Assembly (NCBI RefSeq): GCF_006345805.1
Contig: NC_043008.1
Coordinates: 62,001 to 126,000 of the forward strand
Length of the DNA stretch: 64,000 bases
Direction: 5' to 3'
Origin: Octopus sinensis
Lineage: Eukaryota
Both the position numbers and the translations under genes were made by a program. The stretch's first letter is position 1, and each line of letters begins with the position of its first letter. This document shows, one piece after another, positions 52,776 through 64,000 of this stretch. Under the pieces are notes generated by a model. The model saw only the letters and a list, made by a program, of their open reading frames with translations, searched no databases and was not told the origin of the DNA.

Positions 52776-52975
52776 GAAATGCATTAATAATAAAAGGGGG
52801 AAAAACTTACAGAATATGTATGACAATTTTGGCTAAGCAAAAATAAAACGGAGAAGAGGCAAAGTAATTACATCTATATAATAATCTGCTTGTTTTAAGT
52901 ACCAGTTGCGTACTGAGTCAATCTAATCGACTGCCCCCTCCCTCAAAGTTTCGGGTCTTTGCCTAGAGTAGAAAA

Positions 52976-53012
<37 letters not shown>

Positions 53013-53604
53013 GATGCATATATATATACATGCATATATGTTTCTTTAGTAACATAAAAATAGCGAGAGAAAGTGGGGAGTGATAAAGAAAGACAGAGAT
53101 AACGAATGAAATATAGAGACCGTTATAGATAAAGTGATCACATGACGAATTATACAGAAAAAAACCAAAATAAAACAAAAAATATATGTGAATGAGAGAG
53201 GGAGTGTGAGAAGCAACGAGAGGGAGAGAGAGAGAGAGAGAGAGTTTGTGAGGTGGAATGAAAGTGAGTGGGGGAGACAAAGCATGATATCCACGCCGTA
53301 TCCCCAAGGGAGCATTAAGTTGGTAGTTCCTGGTGCTATCAGTCGGTTAAAAAAAGGAGTTAATCAGATTCCAAGCCCCAATAACCTGGGCCCTGCATGT
53401 TACCAAAGAATTCCTTTTTGCTTTTCTTGGTGATTATATTTACATCAACGGAATGAACTTCCGTTGAACCTTACAAAATGTCGACGGCGTAAATTTGTCA
53501 AGAATTTTCAGTAGGAATTAAAAGCTAGACAAACAATTTGTTAGGGGTTTAAGCGGTTGATACTTTCACACTCATGTATATATATCAAATATGTTAGCCT
53601 TATC

Positions 53605-53646
<42 letters not shown>

Positions 53647-53844
53647 TAATAATAAATATAATAATAATAAATAATAAATAAAAGAGAAAATAAGCCATTT
53701 TATTGCTCGTAGCCTCATTATACCTAGAGGAATTCACAGAAGGAATTAACGGTGGTTATTTTCTGTAATATTGCACAAATAAAACGAGAAATGTTAATCT
53801 TCTTGCTGTGAGGTCCGGATCGGTCATTTCACTCAACGCAAAGG

Positions 53845-54030
53845 CGCTGAGCTGGCAGAATCGTTAGCACGCCGGGCGAGATACTTAGCGTCTTTACGTT
53901 CTGAGTTCAAATACCGCAGAAGTCGACTTTGCCTTTTATCCTTCCGGGGTCGATAAAATAAGTACCAGTTAAGCACTGGAGTCAATGTAATTGACTGACT
54001 CGCTCCACGAAATTGCTGGCCTTGTGTCAA
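53845..54030 (+). mobile_element. SINE family A
   Basis: Head and core. Confidence 0.8.
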
Positions 54031-54107
54031 GGTTTGAATTTCCCTCAACGCAAGGGCACTAGCTACTACACCATTTTTTCTTTTTTTTTTTGTCGGGTCT
54101 CGAATGA

Positions 54108-54175
54108 TCATTTTACCACACACATTTTACCACACACATTTTCCACACACATTTTACCACACTCATTTTTACCAT
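54108..54175. repeat. Minisatellite, about 14-bp unit cacacattttacca
   Basis: About 5 tandem units. Confidence 0.8.
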
Positions 54176-55560
54176 ACTGCGCTATTAAACCATAGGAAAA
54201 TGTATACAGTTTTCATGCTATTTATTCCAAAATTTGATTCGAAAAGGAATGGCACCGAACCAGTAGTAACGGATATTATTAAGCTTGATAAGATACGCAT
54301 TACTCTATTTAAATGATAGGTACATATGCACCCTTTTGCCGCACTGAATTATGGGAAATATATAACTGTTCAGGTATTGTCCTTAACAAGTCTATTGATC
54401 TTAGGGCGAAATACTTGCATTATATTAGAAACACATTTCCATACATTAAACCAGTTATCCAATAAGCTTCGAATAATACTTCTTAGCTTTTATTATATCA
54501 ATTCACTATAACATAGGTATATACGTTTCACTTAAATATTATTGATATCTTTAAATATTTTATTGATATGTCACCCTGTGTCATCGGGTTCCTCGTTACG
54601 AATTCTCATTATATTTGTTTGCAAGCTTTATATTCAATGAATAGTGAAATATTTGATAATTCAGTTTGTGATCTCTTAACTCTGTTATTCGCCTACGCTT
54701 TCTTACATATCTTTGTTTTATATACCTTTCTTTATATTCTACTATTTTTATATCTCTACATATAGATGTAGGTCTGGGCGTGTGGGTGTATATGTATAAA
54801 GTGTGTGTGTGAACGTGTTTGAAAAGGCGATGACAGTTTTATGATTTTCTGCTGTCCTGACGTTCACTTAACTGAGAAGATATCTGCCTGGCCTTTGATG
54901 ACCTTAAGGACACCTCTTTGCTAAAAGTATATCTGTGCTTCTTCTACGATTTCATAGTCAGCGTTGACTACAAACTAATCAAGATGAGTGCTAGAAATAA
55001 CCGAGTCGTTTGATTCCCTTGTCTCTCGTATGCCCGTTAAAGACATTCGTAATTTCTCTATAAATTTGAATGTTATTTTCTAAAAATTCTACCTATCCAA
55101 AATATGTTGGTTGGATTTGTCATCATCAAAGCACTATCTCACCTGTGTATACCTGCTTATTATTTTACCCGGAGATGGAGAATTATATGCTAAGATTTAA
55201 TCTATGGATATATCAACAAATAACAATAAATCTCTGAACGAGGTATAACGAGGTAGAACTTAGGTTGACGAGGGAAGGATGACTTCCCTTTGCAAGTACC
55301 GATAGGGCACAGAAAATGTGTCAATAGCCAGCTGGAGACGATGTTCTCCTGGGGCTGCAAGCTACAGTAACATCCACCATTAGTGGTTAGCCATATTGAG
55401 ATGGCAAATATACCTCACATATATCAACAAAATTCTACCGAAACAGCTGTAGTGAATTTGAAACTCCATTTGTGTTATTTTCATACGTGAACCACACCTA
55501 GAACCAGCCCTGAGTCGGATTTACGGTTTTACGGGTTTGGGACTTAAATATCTACAATAT

Positions 55561-55746
55561 CCTTTTCTATTCTTGGCACAAGGCCTGAAGTTTTGGAGGA
55601 GCGGGGGCGAGTCGATTAGATCAACAGCAGTACGCAACTGGCACTTAATTTATCGACGCCGAAAGGATGAAAGGCAAAGTCAACCAGACGAGCTACTGCG
55701 AAGCATTTCGCCCGGCGTGCTAACGATTCTGCCAGCTCGCCGCCTT
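55561..55746 (-). mobile_element. SINE family A with internal deletion
   Basis: Tail, core and head; B-box region missing. Confidence 0.8.
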
Positions 55747-55873
55747 GTAGTATTTACAATATCGTACCAACACCTGACACATTCAAGGATGTTTTACCTC
55801 ACTGTGAACCCTGTGTTATTGTACAAAGCCATGTTTGGAGTGCTTGGTGTACTGAGATTCTACAGAATCCTAC

Positions 55874-57464
<1,591 letters not shown>

Positions 57465-58519
57465 GGCCAAATGACAATCAAGTAAGATAGAACGACGGAT
57501 AGATAGATAGATAAATAGATAGTACGCATGAATTTAGTCGATACAGCATGTTGCATGTGATTCGCCTTCACACACGGAATGGTGTGGTCGTATGTTATTG
57601 ACAATCTTCTTCGTGAATAGGAGATAATTGCTTCTTCATATTAAATACGTCATTGTCTGTCTTTGTTTTAAATCCTTGTCGTGAACGTTTGGTTGCACTC
57701 TAACAATACGGCTTTTATTTTATGGTGCTAGCTTCTGAATGGAAATGGTATTGTGAACAATGACTCCTTATAGCAAAAATATGAAATTTTTACATACATC
57801 TATCTATCTATGTATATATATATATATGTGTGTGTGTGTACGTGTGTATGTGTGTGTGTGGTGTGTCCATTAATTGTAACCGAGTGATAATCATCATGTA
57901 GAATGTTGTTTTTTTGTAGTATACTTCTTACTAACTGTCGTTTATTTATAATGACAGATGGAGAACCTAATCTGATCTTTTAACTCCAGTAATGGCGATG
58001 TTAGGATTTATCTTGTCGCATCATACTTCAAATGTCGGCTGGTTGATTTATTGTTATCGTTTATTATAGTAAGCGGACGTTCACGAGGAACGTTTGGGTA
58101 GAAGTGGTAGATCGTTTGACACGCTTAATACTCAACGTCATTTAGTTATGACCCTCTACGTTCAAATCCCAGCGATACCAACTTTGCTCTTGACTGAATC
58201 GTTTCCGTAAGCGATTACACCCATCCTCGAAGGACGCACGACATGTGACAACGAATGTTATCATTAAAAGATTGTGTTGAAACAGTAAAAATGGCGTTGA
58301 ATCTTCGCCGCAACAAAACTTCGCTTTAGCATGTCGTAGGCCTCGTTAATATTTCATCATTTGGATGAGTATTTGAAAAGACATTAGAAAAAAAAGGAAT
58401 GACTACAACGGAAAATTGAGCCCCGTTCACAGATTACGAGGCCGACTACTTACTGCATTTTGAGCTCCCTACATTTGCAATCACACAGACAGACAAATAA
58501 ATACACATAATTCTTCTTC

Positions 58520-58880
58520 CTAATTTTAGATACAAGGTCAGCAATTTATAGAGGATGGGGAAATCAATTCCATTGATCACACCAGTGCTCAGCTGGCATT
58601 TATTTTAGCGCCTCCGAAATGATTCAAGGCAAAATCGACCACGGCGGCGTTCGAACTCGGAACGTAAAGAATTGGATGAAATGCCATGAAACATTTTGTC
58701 CGGCGCGGTAACGATTTTACTTCTTTACTGCCTACAAGGAGCCACACACACAGGGGACAAACAAGGACAGACAAAGGGATTAAGTCGATTACATAGCCCC
58801 CAGTGCATAACTGGTACTTAATTTATCGACCCCGAAAGGATGAAGGGCAAAGTTGACCTCGGCGGAATTTGAAGTCAGAA
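58520..58880 (-). mobile_element. SINE family A, two-unit array
   Basis: Cores near 58600 and 58830. Confidence 0.8.
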
Positions 58881-59099
58881 GGTATTTTGTGGGTGCCCTG
58901 GGGCGGCACACCGAAGGGCTGCTCTGGGTGGCACACACTCTTGTTATACTAGTGCTCAACAGGGTCTACATGGCCCTTGGGAGTCCCCATAAAATTATGT
59001 TGCTAAACTGGTCATGCTTCTACGGTCCACAAAGCATTTTAACGATTTTTTAAATACAATTCCTAAAAACATTAAATTTTGAAAATGTTCTTTTGTTCT

Positions 59100-59487
59100 T
59101 TTATTTGTTTCAGCTGACTGCAGCCATGCTGGAGCACCACCTTTAGTCGAACAAATCAAACCCAAGACTTATTCTTTGTAAGCCTAGTGCTTATTCTATC
59201 GGTCGCTTTGCCGAACCGCTAAGTTACGGGGACGTAAACACACCAACATCGGTTGTCGAGCGATGGTGGTGGTGGTTTACAAACAGACACAAATGAAAAA
59301 CATATATACATATACACATACATATATACGACGGACTTCTTTCAGTTTTCGTCTACCAAATCCACTTACAAGGCTTCGGTCGGCCCGAGGTTATAGTAGA
59401 AGACACTTGTTCAAGATGCCACGCAGTGGGACTGAACCCGGAACCATATAGTTGGGAAGCAAGCTTCTTACCACACAGCCACTCATA
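59100..59487 (-). mobile_element. SINE family B, full length
   Basis: Reverse complement of the 47669-48065 pattern. Confidence 0.85.
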
Positions 59488-59494
59488 TAGGATT

Positions 59495-59593
59495 TTTAAA
59501 ACATCGAATGGCTCTGAGGGTTCACCTGAGTAAAACGGAAATCAAAGGGATTCACAGCCAAAAATAAACAAAAAAAACCGTTGAGAACCACTG
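59495..59593. mobile_element. Possible hAT (Charlie-like) MITE end
   Basis: Ends in gttgagaaccactg, the reverse complement of a CAGTGGTTCTCAAC hAT-type TIR; no partner TIR seen. Confidence 0.35.
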
Positions 59594-59942
59594 TTTTAGA
59601 GGAATTCTTCTCTTAGAACCAACTACAACCAAGGCATCGAACGAAATTACCTGTTTCTCTAATTATCCATTCCATCCTATCTCCCTAGTATCTGCAAGGT
59701 GACAAATGTGTATAATAAAAGAAGCAGTGATTATAACGTATTTAACTGTAACCTTGGTAATATTTTTAGGTGTACCAGAAATATTTTGATAGCAAGCTAA
59801 AAAGAGAAAACGGGAGAAACTAGTTTTCTGCACTTTAGCAGACACCGAACGGAAGTCTGGCGACTATTCTGCTTTCTCGATGTCGTCATCATCATCGTCG
59901 TCATCGTCATTCAAATGAGGTATTTTAATTACAACTCTAAAT

Positions 59943-60370
59943 ATTCTTTTCTGCTCTAGGCACAAAGCCTGAAATTCATGGGGAGGGGGCCAGTCGATTA
60001 GATCAACCCCAGTACACAACTGTTACTTAATTTATCGACCCCGAAAGGATGAAAGCAAAGTCAACCTCGGTCATGATACTTGATGGATCTCCGTCATTCG
60101 ACAATGAGGATTCAGCCGATTTAATCTACTCTTTGAATTAATAGTTATGTGACAGAGAAAGCGGCGAGCTGCCAGAATTGGTGGCACGCCGGACGAAATG
60201 CTTAGCGGCATTTTGCCCGTCTTAACTTTGTGAGTTCAAATTCCACCGAGGTCGACTATACCCTTCATCCTTTCGGGTTCGATAAAATAAGTACAAATTG
60301 AAAACTGGGGTCGATGTAATCGATTAATCCTTACATTACGAGATTTCAGGCCTTGCATTTATAGCAAAAA
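59943..60370. mobile_element. Two SINE family A copies in opposite orientation
   Basis: Minus copy 59943-60070, plus copy about 60160-60370. Confidence 0.75.
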
Positions 60371-60544
60371 GAACTATATTAAGTCTGGTTCTGCTATGGC
60401 CAACGTTTCCTTTCATCTTTTGACGGTCAGTAAAATACCAGCTGAGCGCTGGGGTCAATGTGATTGACTAATGCCCTCCCTCTAATTATACTGGACTTGT
60501 GTCAAAATCTAAAACCATTATTATACATAAGTAAAAAGAAAAAT

Positions 60545-60780
60545 GTTCCTTCTCGAGCCAAGCCAAGGGCCGGTTTCCCGGTTTCAGTGGTGTAGAAAAC
60601 CCCCATCTGGACGGGACGCCGGGTCGTCGCAGGATTACTCATTTTTGCCTGCTGGGTGGACTGGAGCAACGTGAAAATGAAGTGTTTTGCTCAAGAACAC
60701 AACGCATCGCCCGGTCAAGGAATCGAAACCACAACTTTACGATCATGAGTTCAACATCCTAACCACTAAGCCACGCGCCT
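60545..60780 (-). mobile_element. tRNA-headed SINE related to family D
   Basis: Minus strand gaggcgcgtggcttagtggttaggatgttg...gtggtttcgattcc...gtgttcttgagcaaaacactt. Confidence 0.65.
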
Positions 60781-60894
60781 CTACACTATTATACGTACAG
60801 TTCTATATTTAAGAGATGAGGAATTATGTACAGTATTTACATTATTTACATTATTTACATTTGACAGATATTTGTCCTCATTTTGTTTGTTGTT

Positions 60895-60940
60895 AACACA
60901 ATGTTTCGGCTGATATACTCTCCAGCCTTCATCAGGTGTC
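60895..60940 (-). ncRNA. Minimal hammerhead motif (same family as 27.7-27.9 kb)
   Basis: gacac-CTGATGA-a-ggctg-gagagtatat-cagcc-GAAAC-AT-T-gtgtt; core intact, one change in helix III. Confidence 0.65.
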
Positions 60941-61015
60941 TTGGGGAAATTTCGAACCTGGGTTCTCATCGAAAAATACCTTAGCAATGAGAACCCAGGT
61001 TCGAAATTTTCCCAA

Positions 61016-61061
61016 GACACCTGATGAAGGCTGGAAGGTATATCAGCCGAAATGCTGTATC
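61016..61061 (+). ncRNA. Minimal hammerhead motif, helix III degenerate
   Basis: gacac-CTGATGA-a-ggctg-gaaggtatat-cagcc-GAAAT-GC-T-gtatc. Confidence 0.55.
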
Positions 61062-62209
61062 AACAAGAAAGAAGATGAGGACAAATATCCGTCAAATGTA
61101 AATAATGTAAATAATGTAAATGCTGATTATTCTACGTCTTGGAAAATTCGGTGAACATACAGACTCCTTGGAGCAGCGGACAACTGCTTGGCGGTATTTC
61201 TTCCGACTATTTGCATTCGGAGTTCAATCTTACCGGCGTAACCTTTGCCTAAATATCCATCTGGGGTCGATATATATATGGCACTTTCAAATACTGCGAT
61301 CGGCGATATCGACTTAGCCCTTCTTTTAGAAATGCTAGCCTTGTACCTAAATCAGAATCAGTTTTATGTGTTGAGAGGAAAGGATCTGTGCCCATGCTTT
61401 TGGCAAGTCTTTCTAAATGAGGCCGAAATAGATCAAGAGGTTTTACGTAATTGAGATTCATACCGCCCCAAAATCAAGTTCAAGCATCGCCGGCCTCAGT
61501 GTACCTTTCATCTCTCTTCGCTCTATCAAACGAATACAAGTTATACAGCAAGTGCAATCCTCTTTACTACTTCCTCCAGAATTTGAACCCATTGTGATAA
61601 ACGCGCGAGTAAAGAGTGCGTTAATACAAAAGGTGATCTCTCTCGTTGTGACTTGCTCTGATTCAATAGAATATGTATCTGCGGGTAAGAAAACAGATCA
61701 GAACATGAAAAGCGTAATATAATCGCCGGCCTCTTCAGTGAAGAGGCCTATGCCTTATCTACAGATGTACTGCGTGTCTATTTGCCTTTCTTCCTCTCCC
61801 CCTCTCTCTCATCTGTGATTTCTTACTTCCTTATCGCATCATGTGAGAAGTGTTTTATTTTTTCCACCATAGCATTTCTACATGTGACACTGAAATAGGA
61901 AGGGAGGAAACGAAAATTTTAAAAGGGTGAGTCATAGCTGGCCGAGTCGATAGGATGTCGATCTTTCGATCTAAGAGTAGATGGTTTGTTTCCTATCATA
62001 ATCACTGCTTTGTGGTCCTGTTGATTTCTCTTCAGCATGGCCGCAGTCTAATGACAGAAATAAGTAAAAGAATAAAAGAATAAAAAAAATCTCTAGAAGA
62101 TAAATGACCGAACAATGGAAGAGACAATGCTTTATATTCTGTATGTGGCAGCAGGTAATATCCATAGCCACAACATATGGTGCAGGGCTCAGCTGATTTG
62201 GCGGAAATA

Positions 62210-62898
62210 TTCTTTTCTACATTAGGTACAAGGCCCGAAAATTTTGGGGGAGCGGGCCAGTCGATTAGATCGACCCCAGTACGCAAATGGGAAAGGCAAA
62301 GTCGACCTCAGCGGAATTTGAACTCAGAATGTAGACGAAATACCGCTCGCGAAGCATTTCGCCCGGCGTGCTAAGGTTTCTTATTTCTTTACTGCCCTCA
62401 AGGGGCTACACACAAAGGGGACAAGCAAGGACTGACAAACGGATTAAGTCGATTATATCGACCCAGTGCGTAACTGGTACTTATTTAATCGACCCGAAAG
62501 GATGAAAGGCACAGTCGACCCCGGCGGAATTTGAACTCAGAACGTAGTAGCAGACGAAATACCTATTTCTTTATTACCCCCAAGGGGCTAAACTTAGAGG
62601 GGACAAACAAGGACAGACATAGGTATTAAGTCGATTACATCGAACACAGTGCGTAACTGGTACTTAATTTATCGACCCCGAAAGGATGAAAGGCAAAGTT
62701 AACCTCGGCGGAATTTGAACTCACAACGTAACGGCAGACGAAATACCGCTAAGCATTTCGCCCGGTGTGCTTAACGTTTCTGCCAGCTCGCCGCCTTGAG
62801 ACAGAAACAATATTCTTTTCTACTCTAGGAACAAGGCCCGAAATTTTGAGGGAAGGGGCCAGTCGATTAGATCAACTCAAGTACGCAACTGGTACTTT
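62210..62898 (-). mobile_element. SINE family A, three-unit array plus adjacent tail
   Basis: Cores near 62290, 62490 and 62680; further tail 62815-62898. Confidence 0.9.
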
Positions 62899-62935
62899 AG
62901 TTTTTCATTCTCTCTCTGTTTATTTTCTCTTATTC

Positions 62936-62971
62936 CTTTCTGTTGAAGAGCGTTGGCTCGAAACGTAAAAG
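62936..62971 (+). ncRNA. Minimal hammerhead-like motif, A6U core variant
   Basis: cttt-CTGTTGA-a-gagc-gttg-gctc-GAAAC-GT-A-aaag. Confidence 0.55.
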
Positions 62972-63060
62972 ACTTCTTCATTTTCCGAGCGTCAAACTAA
63001 TACACTTGCTTGCTGTTCATACATCTGTCTTCGTTTTTTAGTTATTCTCTAAATTTCACC

Positions 63061-63115
<55 letters not shown>

Positions 63116-63176
63116 GTGTTTGTGTATGTGTTGTGTGTATTTGTCAATACTATTTTTGTTGAAGCGTATACATACA

Positions 63177-63236
<60 letters not shown>

Positions 63237-63296
63237 CTTAACAAGAAAACTATTGATAAATGCACACACACATATATACATATATATGTGTATATA

Positions 63297-63363
<67 letters not shown>

Positions 63364-63458
63364 CGGGAAGGTTTACGAAAATAACAAAGACGAGGGCAGG
63401 TGGAGTACAAACAAACCAATGTATTAGAATGGCGCTCAGGAATAGAAATAAAACAAGT

Positions 63459-63494
63459 CTTTTACGTTTCGAGCCTACGCACTTCGACAGAAAG
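63459..63494 (-). ncRNA. Minimal hammerhead-like motif, A6U core variant (inverted partner of 62936)
   Basis: cttt-CTGTCGA-a-gtgc-gtag-gctc-GAAAC-GT-A-aaag. Confidence 0.5.
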
Positions 63495-63584
63495 ATACAC
63501 AGAAAAGAAACAAGGAGAGAAAAAAATATATATATACATATACATATACACATACACATATAATCATACTTATTTATGCAATGG

Positions 63585-63730
63585 GCTTCTTTCAGTTTCC
63601 GATAACCAAAACCCATTCGCAAGGCTTTGGTCGGCCCGACGCTACAATAGAATAATACACTTGCGCAAGGTACCACGCAATGGAACTGCATTCGGAACCA
63701 TGTAACTGTGAAGCGAACACTTTCAAACCA
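63585..63730 (-). mobile_element. SINE family B, 5' half, diverged
   Basis: gggcttctttcagtttccg...ttcggaaccatgt. Confidence 0.7.
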
Positions 63731-64000
63731 CAAGTATTTAAGTGTTCGTAACCACGGCGAGAGCGCACTGCATCCGGGTTGGAGAGACAGAAAAAAGTGT
63801 TCGTTGAGCGAGGAGCCAGTTTTCTGATAGTCACCAACCGCTCTCTATATTCTCACACGAGATTTAAAAGTCATTATCAGTTCAATACATCCTGACGACA
63901 GCTTCCACTTCATAAAAGTTGTACAGGTGACACAAAAAGATAAACAGGTGAGAACACTCCATTGTAGAAACTATCTGTAGTGTTACAACGTGATTTCGTC

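Larger units (their letters stand above)
60805..61121. mobile_element. Foldback of two Penelope-like LTR copies
   Basis: About 135-bp inverted arms (60835-60969 and 60987-61121) with a 17-nt spacer; same sequence as the 27.6-28.06 kb arms. Confidence 0.7.
62900..63530. mobile_element. Inverted pair of hammerhead-bearing repeats flanking (TA)n/(TACA)n
   Basis: About 62900-63060 is similar to the reverse complement of about 63370-63530; related to the 50915-51090 repeat (shared gagcgtc-aa-aatac block). Confidence 0.55.

Noticed and set aside
63890-63985. CTGACGA-cagctt/aagttg hairpin with a distant GAAACTATCTGTA
   Set aside because: GAAA is not adjacent to helix II and helix I is out of register.

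Overview
Eukaryotic, non-coding, extremely repeat-rich DNA. The very high di-, tri- and tetranucleotide microsatellite load and the SINE families look like an octopus (coleoid cephalopod) genome; this is inferred from remembered repeat families, not from a search. No host protein-coding gene can be supported: nearly all ORFs in the track are microsatellite or SINE read-through. Content: about 30 copies of one tRNA-headed SINE (often in internal tandem arrays), three other SINE families, decayed RTE-type LINE tails, two Tc1/mariner remnants, a Helentron/DINE-like element, several foldback elements, an AT-rich mitochondrial-like island and a 100-N gap. The main hidden signal is a dispersed set of about 13 type I hammerhead-ribozyme-like motifs in at least six unrelated repeat contexts. 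Most have a palindromic helix III, different between families, as in the dimer-forming minimal hammerheads of Penelope-like retroelements. Several sit in inverted pairs, and some families carry non-canonical cores (U4C, A6U).
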